Shown: positions 19,772 through 30,405 of the stretch, in pieces
Layout of the letters: each line of letters opens with the position of its first letter
How positions within the stretch are numbered: position 1 is the stretch's first letter
Assembly: GCA_036676985.1 (NCBI GenBank)
Contig: JAKFBU010000056.1
Span: forward strand, 199,629-263,628
From: Candidatus Sericytochromatia bacterium
GTDB lineage: Bacteria; Cyanobacteriota; Sericytochromatia; S15B-MN24; UBA4093
DNA length: 64,000 nucleotides
Direction of reading: 5' to 3'
The notes under the pieces: generated by a model
What the model was told of the DNA's origin: nothing
What the model saw: only the letters and a program-made list of their open reading frames with translations
The model's database searches: none
Translations under genes and position numbers: made by a program

Positions 19772-19917
19772 GAATAAGGAGGACCCCCCTCTAGAGGGGG
19801 GGAAGGGTCATGGGTGGGTGGAAAGCAAGGCTACTCCTTAGGATCTTGGCTCTAACAACCCCTCCCAAGAGCTTCCCCCCCTCTAGAGGGGGGGCTAGGG
19901 GGGGTCCTCCTTGTTCT
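19772..19917. repeat. MITE/REP-like element with terminal inverted repeats and internal C-run/TCTAGA/G-run palindromes (family B)
   Basis: Left GAATAAGGAGGACCCCCC pairs with right GGGGGGTCCTCCTTGTTC; two copies of CCCCCCTCTAGAGGGGGG inside. Confidence 0.72.
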
Positions 19918-19928
19918 TCCCCACGCAA

Positions 19929-19960
19929 AAAGCCCGCCTGGGTTACACCAGGCGGGCTTT
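19929..19960 (-). terminator. Intrinsic terminator
   Basis: AAAGCCCGCCTGG-gttaca-CCAGGCGGGCTTT with an A-run, 14 nt after the stop at 19974. Confidence 0.85.
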
Positions 19961-19973
19961 AGACTTGTCCGTC

Positions 19974-20774
19974 TTAGAAGAGGTAACCCAGCAGCTCGAT
20001 CAGCAGACCACCCGAGGTCACCTCGCCGGTGTTGGCGTCCACCACGACCGACGGCTTGTTGCGCTCGTCCAGGAACACCCACTGCGGCCCGACGATGTAC
20101 GGGTTGAGCATCAGGACCTTCACCGTGCCGCGGGTCGGGTTGGTGTAGGCGTGGTACTGGGCCCGGTTGTACGCCTCGCGCCCGCTGACGGGGTAGATGT
20201 CGCGCGGCTCCTGCAGGAAGGTCGCAATCAGCTTGCCCGCGTACTGGACGACCAGCCCCGTGGTCTCGTACTGCCCGCGACGGTTGCCCCAGAAGCCGTA
20301 GTCGATGGTGAGCATGCGCTTCTTCTGCGCCGAGTAGTACACGTGGCGCGAGTTGCCGAACCACGAGATCGTCTTGTAGCCCCAGCCCAGCCACAGCTGC
20401 TTGGCGTCCGACGCCCACTCGCGGGCGGCCGCATCGGCCTTCACCTGCGTCTTCTCCGGGGTCGTCTGCACCCCGAAGCCGCCCTCGTCGAGGACGTCCA
20501 GGTTCTCGAGGTCCGTCACGACCGGGCCGTGCGCGGCGATCGCCTTGGCCATCGCGAGCGCCTCGGCACGGCGATCCTGAGCGGCGGGCGCCGCGGCCAC
20601 GGGCACCAGGCGGGCGGCATCGACGTCGGCAGGGGCATCCGCCAGGGCCTTCACGGGCTGAGCGGCGACCGGGGCCTTGGCCGCGGGGGCCACGGCGGCA
20701 ATCGTATGGGGAGTCTGGACGCCACAGCCGGCGACGAGCGCGCTGAGGGCCATCCACGTCACGAACTTCTTCAC
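19974..20774 (-). CDS. Hypothetical lipoprotein (possible PepSY-like C-terminus)
   Basis: Lipobox LVAGC; Ala/Pro linker; C-terminal W.F...VVVDANTGEV. Confidence 0.8.
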   Translation of the reverse strand: MKKFVTWMALSALVAGCGVQTPHTIAAVAPAAKAPVAAQPVKALADAPADVDAARLVPVAAAPAAQDRRAEALAMAKAIAAHGPVVTDLENLDVLDEGGFGVQTTPEKTQVKADAAAREWASDAKQLWLGWGYKTISWFGNSRHVYYSAQKKRMLTIDYGFWGNRRGQYETTGLVVQYAGKLIATFLQEPRDIYPVSGREAYNRAQYHAYTNPTRGTVKVLMLNPYIVGPQWVFLDERNKPSVVVDANTGEVTSGGLLIELLGYLF

Positions 20775-20979
20775 GGAGGTGCTCCTAGGGAAAGGTGAGG
20801 GGTCGGAGGCTTCCTTTAAGATTATATAAAAGAACCTTTAAAACTTGCTTACCTTTCGATAACCTTTTTTGCCGAAATCCGCCCCGGGCGCTCGGCAAGG
20901 GTTGCCAAGGCCCTGCAACCAGGCTAACGTGAGGAGGAGTCGCGCCGTCCAGGCGTTTGCAGCACAGAGAGGAGCGATC

Positions 20980-21729
20980 ATGCCGACCCGGATCCGGGAA
21001 CAGCGCCAGGATGACGTCGTCACCCTCGTCCTCGACGGCGAGCATGGCCTCAACGTTCTCGATCGCAGCACGCTCGTCGAGCTGCACCAGGTGCTCGAGC
21101 GGCTCACCGAAAGCCACGGCATCGCGGCCCTCATCCTGACGGGCGAGGGCACCCGCGCCTTCAGCGCCGGCGCCAACCTCAACGAGCTGGCCGAGCTGAA
21201 CGCCACCACGGCCCTCGGCTTCTCCCACCTGGGCCAGACCATCACGGGGCTCCTCGCCGACTTCCCGGCGCCCGTCATCGCCGCCGTCAACGGCCTCTGC
21301 TACGGCGGCGGCCTGGAGCTCGCCGTCGCCTGCGACTTCCGGATCGCGGCCCCGCATGCGCGCTTCGCCTACCCCGCGAGCAAGCTCGGGATCCTGCCCG
21401 GCTTCGGCGGCACCCAGCGCTGCCCCCTGCTCATCGGCGGCTCGCGCACCAAGGAGCTCATGTTCCTCGGCCGAGTGGTGGACGCCGCCACGGCCCTGCA
21501 CTGGGGCCTCCTCAACGAGGTCGCCCCGGACGCCCTCGGCGAGGCCATGCGCTGGGCCCGCGAGCTGGTCGAGCGCGACGCCTACGCCATCCGCCAGGTC
21601 AAGGAGACCATCGGCATGACCGAGCGCGCGGACTTCTTCTTCGAGCAGGAGGCCTTCGCCAACTGCTTCCGGCAGCCGGGCATCCAGGAGCGGCTGCGCA
21701 ACTGGCAGGCCTCCACCTCCGACCGCTAA
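20980..21729 (+). CDS. Enoyl-CoA hydratase/isomerase (crotonase) family protein
   Basis: RAFSAGANL, AAVNGLCYGGGLELAVACD, LGILPGFGGTQR; GAGGAG SD. Confidence 0.9.
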   Translation: MPTRIREQRQDDVVTLVLDGEHGLNVLDRSTLVELHQVLERLTESHGIAALILTGEGTRAFSAGANLNELAELNATTALGFSHLGQTITGLLADFPAPVIAAVNGLCYGGGLELAVACDFRIAAPHARFAYPASKLGILPGFGGTQRCPLLIGGSRTKELMFLGRVVDAATALHWGLLNEVAPDALGEAMRWARELVERDAYAIRQVKETIGMTERADFFFEQEAFANCFRQPGIQERLRNWQASTSDR

Positions 21730-21733
21730 CTCC

Positions 21734-22027
21734 ATGGAGCTCGAGGACCTCACCCGCCGCATGCACGCCTTCGTCGAGTCGAAGGGCTTCTACGCGCCGG
21801 ACAGCAAGCACCCCCAGACGCCCGAGAACCTCGCCAAGTCCCTCATGATCGAGGCGGCCGAGGTGCTCGAGCTGTACCAGTGGGGAGAGACGCCCGATCC
21901 GCAGGCGCTCGGCTCCGAACTCGCGGACGTCTTCCTCTACCTGCTCCAGCTGGCCGATCTGTCGGGCGTCGACCTCGCCCGGGCCACCCTCGCCAAGCTC
22001 GACGTCAACCGCGATCGCGAGTGGTAA
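21734..22027 (+). CDS. MazG-like nucleotide pyrophosphohydrolase
   Basis: TPENLAKSLMIEAAEVLELYQW...ELADVFLYLLQLAD all-alpha NTP-PPase pattern. Confidence 0.85.
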   Translation: MELEDLTRRMHAFVESKGFYAPDSKHPQTPENLAKSLMIEAAEVLELYQWGETPDPQALGSELADVFLYLLQLADLSGVDLARATLAKLDVNRDREW

Positions 22028-22162
22028 GCGCCTGCCCGCCCGGGCCTGGCGCTAATGGCGCGCCGTGCTAGAATATTAAAGGCGAATTAACCCCCGTATC
22101 GCCCATCATTGCTGGTTTTTACGAGCCTGCACGGCTCGATGTTGAACAACGAGGTTCATCCG

Positions 22163-23374
22163 ATGGAACGCACCGTCATCGTGAGCACCGCACGCACTCC
22201 CTTCGGGAAGCTGAGCGGGGCCCTCTCCTCCTTCACGGCCCCCGAGCTGGGCGCCCTGGTCATCCGCGAGGCCCTCTCGCGCGCGGGCGTTGCCCCCGAG
22301 ACCGTCGACAACGTCCTGATGGGCATCGTGCTCCAGGCCGGTGTGGGTCAGATCCCCTCGCGCCAGGCGGCCATGAAGGCCGGCGTCCCCGCGCACGTCG
22401 CCTCCCTGACCCTCAACAAGGTCTGCGCCTCGGGCATGCGCGCTGTCACCCTCGCCGATCAGCTCGCGCGGGTCGAGGACGGCGAGATCTTCGTGGCGGG
22501 CGGCATGGAGAGCATGACCAACGCCCCCTACATGCTCAAGAAGGCGCGCGGCGGCTACCGCATGGGCAATGGCGAGATCCTGGACGGCATGATGTACGAC
22601 GGCCTCACCTGCGCGTTCCACAACGTCGCCATGGGCGTGCACGGCGACACCACCGCCGCCGAGTTCGGCCAGAGCCGCGAGGAGATGGACGAGTGGGCCG
22701 CGCGCAGCCACCGCCTCGCCCACGAGGCGACCGAGGCGGGCCGCATGGCCGCCGAGATCCTCCCCCTCGAGGTGACGGTCGGCCGCAACAAGCCGCCCGT
22801 CACCGTGAGCCGGGACGAGAGCATCCGCCCCGACTCGAACCTGGAGGCCCTCTCCAAGCTCCGCCCCGCCTTCACCAAGGACGGCGTCATCACCGCGGGC
22901 AACGCCCCCGGCATCAGCGACGGAGCGGCGGCGCTCGTCGTCATGACCGAGCGCAAGGCCCATGAGCTCGGTCTCAAGCCGCTCGCCGCCATCGTCGGTC
23001 ACGCCAAGGTCGGCGAGGAGCCCCGCTACCTCTCGACGGTGCCCGGCCTCGCCATCCAGAAGGCCCTCGCCAAGGCCGGCCTCACGGTCGACCAGCTGGA
23101 TCTCCTCGAGATCAACGAGGCCTTCGCGGCCGTGACCCTGCGCTCGACCGAGCTGCTGGCCAACGGCGACGCAGGCCTCAAGGCCGCTCTGCGCGAGCGC
23201 ACCAACGTCAACGGCGGCGCCATCGCGCTCGGCCATCCCATCGGCGCCTCGGGCGCGCGCATCGTCGCGAGCCTCGCCCACGAGCTCAACCGCCGCGGCG
23301 GGCGCTACGGCGTCGCCGCCATCTGCTCGGGTGCCGCCCAGGGCGACGCCGTCATTCTGGAACGAATCTCCTAG
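22163..23374 (+). CDS. Acetyl-CoA C-acetyltransferase (thiolase)
   Basis: NKVCASGM, GGMESM, EINEAFA, GHPIGASG, AICSG. Confidence 0.95.
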   Translation: MERTVIVSTARTPFGKLSGALSSFTAPELGALVIREALSRAGVAPETVDNVLMGIVLQAGVGQIPSRQAAMKAGVPAHVASLTLNKVCASGMRAVTLADQLARVEDGEIFVAGGMESMTNAPYMLKKARGGYRMGNGEILDGMMYDGLTCAFHNVAMGVHGDTTAAEFGQSREEMDEWAARSHRLAHEATEAGRMAAEILPLEVTVGRNKPPVTVSRDESIRPDSNLEALSKLRPAFTKDGVITAGNAPGISDGAAALVVMTERKAHELGLKPLAAIVGHAKVGEEPRYLSTVPGLAIQKALAKAGLTVDQLDLLEINEAFAAVTLRSTELLANGDAGLKAALRERTNVNGGAIALGHPIGASGARIVASLAHELNRRGGRYGVAAICSGAAQGDAVILERIS

Positions 23375-23398
23375 TCTGAGAGAAAGGACATTTCCTCG

Positions 23399-24280
23399 AT
23401 GAATATCAACGTGGTGGCCGTCCTCGGCGGCGGTCAGATGGGATCGGGCATCGCCCAGGTCTTCGCCCAGAAGGGCTACCGGACGCTCGTGTACGACGTG
23501 GTGCCTTCCTCCCTGGAGAAGTCGCGCAAGGGCATCGACAAGAACCTGTCGCGCATGGTCGAGAAGGGCAAGCTGACCGAGGACGAGAAGAACACGGTCA
23601 TGGCCCAGCTCACCTGGACGGCGAACCTGGCGGACCTCGCCGAGGCGGATCTCGTCATCGAGGCCATCGTCGAGAAGCTCGAGACCAAGCTCCAGACCTG
23701 GAAGCAGGTCGACGAGCTGTGCCGGCCCGACGCCATCTTCGCCTCCAACACGTCGAGCCTGCCCATCACCCAGCTCGCCAACGGCGTGAGCCGCCCCGAG
23801 CGGTTCATCGGCATGCACTTCATGAACCCGGTGCCCGTCATGCAGCTGGTCGAGATCATCCGCGGCTTCGTGACCTCGGACGAGGTCTACCAGACCGTGT
23901 TCGAGACGGCCAAGGCCCTCGGCAAGACGCCCGTCACCGTCAACGACGCGCCCGGCTTCATCTCCAACCGCATCCTCATGCCCATGATCAACGAGGCCAT
24001 CTTCTGCCTGGGCGAGGGCATCGCCACCAAGGAAGACATCGACACGGTCATGAAGCTCGGGATGAACCATCCCATGGGCCCCCTGACGCTCGCCGACTTC
24101 ATCGGCCTCGACACCTGCCTCTTCATCATGGAAGTCCTCTACAACGACTTCTCGGACTCCAAGTACCGGCCGGCGCCCCTCCTGCGCAAGATGGTCCAGG
24201 CGGGCCTCTTGGGCCGCAAGACGGGCCGCGGCTTCTATGACTACACCGAGACGGCCCAGAAGACCGTCGCCGTCAAGTAG
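23399..24280 (+). CDS. hbd: 3-hydroxybutyryl-CoA dehydrogenase
   Basis: [31 protein letters not shown]. Confidence 0.95.
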   Translation: MNINVVAVLGGGQMGSGIAQVFAQKGYRTLVYDVVPSSLEKSRKGIDKNLSRMVEKGKLTEDEKNTVMAQLTWTANLADLAEADLVIEAIVEKLETKLQTWKQVDELCRPDAIFASNTSSLPITQLANGVSRPERFIGMHFMNPVPVMQLVEIIRGFVTSDEVYQTVFETAKALGKTPVTVNDAPGFISNRILMPMINEAIFCLGEGIATKEDIDTVMKLGMNHPMGPLTLADFIGLDTCLFIMEVLYNDFSDSKYRPAPLLRKMVQAGLLGRKTGRGFYDYTETAQKTVAVK

Positions 24281-24289
24281 GAGACCCCC

Positions 24290-25474
<1,185 letters not shown>

Positions 25475-25485
25475 AGGAGCTCGTC

Positions 25486-26631
25486 ATGGACTTCCAACTC
25501 ACCGAAGAGCACCAGATGGTCAAGGAGATGGCGCGCGACCTCGCGGACCGCGTCATCGCCCCGCGCGCCGCGGAGCTCGACAAGACCGGCCAGTACCCCA
25601 TGGAGAATTTCAAGGTGCTCGCCGAGAACGGCCTCATGGGCATCCCGTTCCCCGAGGAGTACAACGGCGCGGGCGCCGACTACCTGAGCTACGTGCTCGC
25701 CCTCGAGGAGATCTGCCGGGCCTGCGCGAGCACGGGCGTCACCATGTCGGTGCAGACGTCCCTGGCGGGCGCTCCGCTCAACCAGTTCGGCACCCACGAG
25801 CAGAAGCAGAAGTACCTCGCCCCCCTCTGCGCGGGCGAGACGATCGGCGCCTACTCCCTCTCGGAGGTGGCCGCCGGCACGGACGCCGCGAGCCTCAAGT
25901 GCCGCGCGGTCAAGGACGGCGACGACTACCTGCTCACGGGCACCAAGATGTGGGTGACCAACGGCTACTACGCCGACACCTACATCGTGTACGCGACGCT
26001 GGATCCGAGCCTCGGCCACAAGGGCATCACGGCCTTCATCGTCGAGAAGGGCACGCCGGGCTTCACGTTCGGCAAGAAGGAAGACAAGCTCGGCATCCGG
26101 GCGTCGTCGACCTACGAGCTCGTCTTCGAAAACTGCCGCGTGCCCGCCGCGAACCGTCTCGGCGACGAGGGCCAGGGCTTCAAGATCGCCATGTGGACGC
26201 TCGACGGCGGTCGCATCGGCATCGCGGCCCAGGCGGTCGGCATCGCGCAGGCGGCGCTGGATCAGGCCGTGAAGTACACGCAGGAGCGCCAGCAGTTCGG
26301 CAAGTCGATCTCCGACAACCAGGCCATCCAGTTCTACCTGGCGGAGATGGCGACGGACATCGAGGCTGCGCGTCAGCTCATCCACCGCGCGGCGTACCTG
26401 AAGGACCAGGGCAAGAACCATACGCAGGCGGCCTCCATGGCGAAGCTCTTCGCCTCGGAGACGGCCATGTGGGTCTCGACCAAGGGCGTACAGCTGCATG
26501 GCGGTTACGGCTTCACCACCGACTTCCCCGCCGAGCGCTTCATGCGCGACGCGAAGATCACCGAGATCTACGAGGGCACCTCGGAGGTCCAGCGGATGGT
26601 CATCGCCCGCAACGAGCTCGCGAGCGTCTAA
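25486..26631 (+). CDS. Acyl-CoA dehydrogenase (butyryl-CoA dehydrogenase-like)
   Basis: AAGGAG SD before MDFQL; LDGGRIGIAAQA, QLHGGYG, IYEGTSEVQ. Confidence 0.95.
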   Translation: MDFQLTEEHQMVKEMARDLADRVIAPRAAELDKTGQYPMENFKVLAENGLMGIPFPEEYNGAGADYLSYVLALEEICRACASTGVTMSVQTSLAGAPLNQFGTHEQKQKYLAPLCAGETIGAYSLSEVAAGTDAASLKCRAVKDGDDYLLTGTKMWVTNGYYADTYIVYATLDPSLGHKGITAFIVEKGTPGFTFGKKEDKLGIRASSTYELVFENCRVPAANRLGDEGQGFKIAMWTLDGGRIGIAAQAVGIAQAALDQAVKYTQERQQFGKSISDNQAIQFYLAEMATDIEAARQLIHRAAYLKDQGKNHTQAASMAKLFASETAMWVSTKGVQLHGGYGFTTDFPAERFMRDAKITEIYEGTSEVQRMVIARNELASV

Positions 26632-26646
26632 CGCTCGAACCGCCAA

Positions 26647-26675
26647 CGGGCCTGGATCGAATCGATCCAGGCCCG
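26647..26675 (+). terminator. Intrinsic terminator of the thiolase-hbd-acd operon
   Basis: CGGGCCTGGATCG-aat-CGATCCAGGCCCG followed by cttggctttt. Confidence 0.75.
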
Positions 26676-26718
26676 CTTGGCTTTTGGGCCGTCATCCCAG
26701 CTTTGGGGGCAGCAGGCC

Positions 26719-26818
26719 CTCCCGTCATTCTCGCGAAGGCGGGAATCCAGAGTCGCCGGCTCCGGCAGCTTCCGTAGGGCGCTGCCCTGGACCCCCGCTT
26801 TCGCGAGGGTGACGGGAG
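26719..26818. repeat. Inverted pair of REP-like repeats (family A; REPIN/BIME-like)
   Basis: CTCCCGTCATTCTCGCGAAGGCGGGAATCCAG ... CTGGACCCCCGCTTTCGCGAGGGTGACGGGAG, between convergent genes. Confidence 0.85.
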
Positions 26819-26845
26819 CGGTCAGTCACGTCCGCTCCCGTCTAC

Positions 26846-28030
26846 CTACTCCAGGTCGATCCGGATGTCGGGCTTCGCGCGGTTGCCCTCCTCCATCTTC
26901 CGGATCTCCTGCTCAGCGTCCTGCGTGACGCGGTCCAGCTCGAGGACCGTGGCCGCCATCTGCGGCAGGGCCTTCTGACGGAAGGTCGAGAGGTCCTCGA
27001 TGGCCGCCTTGATGTCGACGAAGGCGGACTTCAGGGCCTCCATGTCGAGCTGGGCGCCCGAGGCCTGCTTCTGGATCTCGACGCCCTGGGTCTTCAGGCG
27101 CGCCGCAGTCCCGGCGATGAGGGCCGAGGTCGTCTCGTTGACCGACTGCACCTTGTCCAGGACGATCTTCTGATTGGCGAGCGCCAGGGCCACCGTCGCC
27201 CCCACCTGCAGCGCCGTGACCGTCACGTTGAGCGCCCGGTCGACCCCACGCATGAGCTCCTTGTTGTTGCGCACGATGATCTCGGACGCCAACACCCCCT
27301 GCTGGTGCACGGCGAGCTGCTGCTGCAGATCGATGAGCCGCTGCCGCAAGGGGAAGAGCAGCTCCTCGGCGATGAAGCGATGACGGGGGTCGTCCGCGGG
27401 GATCTCCCGCTCCAGCTTGTACTGGAGCTTCTGATCGATCAGCTGCCCCAGGCGGATGGCCTGCGTGAGCTTGTGCGTCATTTCCCGCATCTGCCGCTGG
27501 TCCTCGCCCAGCGTGACGTTGTCGCGGCCCAGCTGATCCCGGCCCTGCTCCAGCGATCGCACGATCGCCGCGATGACGGTCTGCGCGCTCTCGAACTGCG
27601 AGAAATAGCGCTTGAGCGGAGTGCCCACGCCCGGGATCCTGCCGAGCGCCCGGCCGAACCAGCCCGGCTCCAGATCGATCTTGCCCGGGTCGAGCTCCTC
27701 GACCTTCACCTTGAGGTCGATCAGGGACTGGGCGACGTCTCCGCCCTCTTCTCCCCGGGTCGACAGCTTGTGGATGGGCTGGTTCAGGAGCGTCAGCTGC
27801 TTGACGGCCTTGCGCTGGAGATCCACGCCCATGGTCTCCACGGCGGCCTTGGCCGTCTCGGGCCGGGTCTGCGGGTCGATGGCCACCAGCTGGTCCACGA
27901 AGTGATCGGCCCTCGTCTCCAGGTCCTGATCCTCGCCGGGGTGAATCTGAATCGCGGCCGGCTCGGCCAGGCCGAGCTCGGTCCGGACGTCTTCCGCGGT
28001 GGCGACCTTCAACTCGTTCGGTGCGGTCAT
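26846..28030 (-). CDS. telA: Toxic anion resistance protein (TelA/YaaN family)
   Basis: Coiled-coil protein with RYFSQFESAQ, L.RDN..L, RQRLIDLQQQLAV and NN.EL..GV.RA motifs. Confidence 0.88.
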   Translation of the reverse strand: MTAPNELKVATAEDVRTELGLAEPAAIQIHPGEDQDLETRADHFVDQLVAIDPQTRPETAKAAVETMGVDLQRKAVKQLTLLNQPIHKLSTRGEEGGDVAQSLIDLKVKVEELDPGKIDLEPGWFGRALGRIPGVGTPLKRYFSQFESAQTVIAAIVRSLEQGRDQLGRDNVTLGEDQRQMREMTHKLTQAIRLGQLIDQKLQYKLEREIPADDPRHRFIAEELLFPLRQRLIDLQQQLAVHQQGVLASEIIVRNNKELMRGVDRALNVTVTALQVGATVALALANQKIVLDKVQSVNETTSALIAGTAARLKTQGVEIQKQASGAQLDMEALKSAFVDIKAAIEDLSTFRQKALPQMAATVLELDRVTQDAEQEIRKMEEGNRAKPDIRIDLE

Positions 28031-28045
28031 GGGTTCTACGTCTCC

Positions 28046-28696
28046 TTACTGCGAGTACTTCTTCGCGCGTGCGGCCAGCTCCCGCAACTCGTCCATCGCG
28101 GCCTCGAGATCGACGCCCGGCGTGTCCTTGCTGGTCTTGATGTCCGATACCGCCACGATGACCCGATCGAGCTCGTTCAAGGCGCGATCGTTGTAGGTCA
28201 GGTGGGCGCGGATCTTGGTCTCCGTCTCGGCGGAGCGGCGCAGGCGCTCCGCCATGGCCTCGTCGAGCCCCTGGGCCGCGCGCAGCTTCTCGATCTCGCG
28301 CATGGTGTGCGGGGCATGGAGCGAGTCGAGGTGCTTGAGAAGCGCCTCGACCTCGCGCAGGTTCTGGAGCATGGCCTGGTGCACCTGCTCGGCCGCCGAC
28401 ACGTAGCGGCCGAACGTCAGCTCGGTGCGCTCGAACTTGGCCTCGAGCCGGGACAGGAAGTGCCCGTAGCGCTCCTCACCCTGCTCGAACTGGTGCAGGG
28501 CCGTCTCGGCCATGCGCGTATCCACGTGCTCCAGGTACTGGGCACGGCTCAGCCCACGCTTGAGAGCCTTCAGGTCGGCCTGGGCATCCTCCGCCGGCGC
28601 GGTCCTGGCACGCTGGCGCGCGCGCAGGATCCAGGCCCCCAGTCCGGCCGCCAGGCCGAGGGCTCCAATCGAAACGGTGACCAAATCCGGACCCAT
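28046..28696 (-). CDS. Membrane-anchored helical protein, XpaC-like TelA partner
   Basis: N-terminal TM (MGPDLVTVSIGALGLAAGLGAWIL), KF...ELTFGRY, C-terminal AKKY; immediately upstream of telA. Confidence 0.7.
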   Translation of the reverse strand: MGPDLVTVSIGALGLAAGLGAWILRARQRARTAPAEDAQADLKALKRGLSRAQYLEHVDTRMAETALHQFEQGEERYGHFLSRLEAKFERTELTFGRYVSAAEQVHQAMLQNLREVEALLKHLDSLHAPHTMREIEKLRAAQGLDEAMAERLRRSAETETKIRAHLTYNDRALNELDRVIVAVSDIKTSKDTPGVDLEAAMDELRELAARAKKYSQ

Positions 28697-28788
28697 CTGC
28701 TCTGCCTCGTGACGCCTGTCTATCGCTTGCCATTCCCATACCCCTGGTCTAAACTGACGCAACGTCAGACTGATTGGGAGACAAGACT

Positions 28789-29772
28789 GTGGGAATGTTT
28801 GATTTTATCAAAAAGCAGTTCATCGACGTCATCCAGTGGACCGAGGAAGAGAACGGGGTGCTGGCCTACCGCTACCCCATGGCGGACAAGGAGATCCAGA
28901 ACGGCGCCCAGCTGACCGTTCGGGACAGCCAGCTGGCGCTCTTCGTCAACGAGGGCGAGGTGGCCGACGTCTTCGAGCCGGGCCGCTACACGCTCACGAC
29001 CCAGACGCTGCCCATCCTGACCAACCTCCAGCACTGGGACAAGGCCTTCCAGTCGCCGTTCAAGTCCGACGTCTACTTCTTCAGCACCCGCGACCAGATC
29101 GACCAGAAGTGGGGCACCCCCACGCCCGTCACCATCCGTGACAAGGACTTCGGGGTGATCCGCATCCGGGCGCATGGGACCTACTCGTACAAGATCAAGA
29201 ACCCGAAGATCTTCTACAAGAAGGTCAGCGGCACGCGCGAGCGCTACACGACCCAAGAGCTCGAGGGCCAGCTGCGCTCGGCGATCCTGACGTCGCTCGC
29301 CACCTTCTTCGGCAGCGCCGAGGTGGGCTTCATCGACATGGCCGCCAACCAGACGAAGTTCTCCGAGACGCTCAAGGAAGCCCTGAGCCTCACCTTCGCC
29401 GAGTACGGCCTCCAACTGGAGTCCTTCTTCGTGCAGAGCATCTCGCTGCCCGACGAGTTGCAGGGGCACCTCGACAAGGTGACCTCCATGCAGATGGTGG
29501 GCGACCTGAAGCGGTACGCCCACTTCCAGGCGGCCGACAGCCTGCCCGCCGCCGCCGCCAATCCCGGCGGAGCCGCGGGTGCTGGGGTCGGCATGGGCGC
29601 CGGGATGGCCATGGGCCAGCAGATGGCGTCGGCGTTCGGTTCGCAGGGGGGCGAGGCCGCCGAGGACCCCATCGCAACGCTCTCCAAGCTGCACGAGCTC
29701 GTCACCAAGGGGATCCTCACGCAGGCGGAGTTTGACGCCAAGAAGGCCGAGCTGCTCAAGAAGATCACCTAG
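28789..29772 (+). CDS. SPFH/band-7 domain protein with C-terminal SHOCT domain
   Basis: FIKKQFIDVIQW, QLTVRDSQ, SPFKSDVYF, KWGTPTP; SHOCT tail L.KL.EL...GILT..EF..KK.ELL. Confidence 0.9.
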   Translation: MGMFDFIKKQFIDVIQWTEEENGVLAYRYPMADKEIQNGAQLTVRDSQLALFVNEGEVADVFEPGRYTLTTQTLPILTNLQHWDKAFQSPFKSDVYFFSTRDQIDQKWGTPTPVTIRDKDFGVIRIRAHGTYSYKIKNPKIFYKKVSGTRERYTTQELEGQLRSAILTSLATFFGSAEVGFIDMAANQTKFSETLKEALSLTFAEYGLQLESFFVQSISLPDELQGHLDKVTSMQMVGDLKRYAHFQAADSLPAAAANPGGAAGAGVGMGAGMAMGQQMASAFGSQGGEAAEDPIATLSKLHELVTKGILTQAEFDAKKAELLKKIT

Positions 29773-29775
29773 TCC

Positions 29776-30405
29776 ATGAAACTCGGATGCCCTGCCTGCG
29801 GCGCGGAGGTCGACTTCAAGTCGCGCGACTCCGTCTTCGCCGTCTGTCCCTACTGCCACTCCATGCTGGTGCGCCACGACATCGACCTCGAGGCGCTCGG
29901 CAAGATGGCCGATCTCCCGGCCGACATGAGCCCCTTCCAGGTCGGCACGCGCGGCCGGTTCGAGGGCAAGGGCTTCGAGCTGCTCGGACGGCTCAAGATG
30001 GCCTGGGAAAACGGCTCGTGGAACGAGTGGTTCGCGCTCTTCGACGACGGGCGCGAAGGGTGGCTGGCGGAAGCCCAGGGCTTCTTCATGCTGAGCTTCT
30101 CCCTGGCTGACACGAGCGCCGTTCCCCCCGTCGAGAACCTGCAGGTCGGGCGATCGCTCTCCCTTGGCGGCCAAGAGTTCCAGATCGACGACATCAAGCA
30201 GGCCACATGCGTGGGGAGCGAAGGCGAGCTGCCCTTCCCGGCGCCCAAGGGGCGCACCAGCACCAGCATCGACCTGAACGGTCCCGATGCCGGCTACGCC
30301 TGCATCGAGGTCTCGCAAGGCGAGGGAACGCGGCTGTTTCAGGGCCGGTACGTCGAGTTCGAGGACATGCAGCTCTCCAATCTGAGGCCGATCGATGGCT
30401 GGTGA
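29776..30405 (+). CDS. DUF4178 domain protein with Zn ribbon
   Basis: CPACG/CPYC Zn ribbon, WNEW, GWLAE, EGELPF. Confidence 0.85.
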   Translation: MKLGCPACGAEVDFKSRDSVFAVCPYCHSMLVRHDIDLEALGKMADLPADMSPFQVGTRGRFEGKGFELLGRLKMAWENGSWNEWFALFDDGREGWLAEAQGFFMLSFSLADTSAVPPVENLQVGRSLSLGGQEFQIDDIKQATCVGSEGELPFPAPKGRTSTSIDLNGPDAGYACIEVSQGEGTRLFQGRYVEFEDMQLSNLRPIDGW

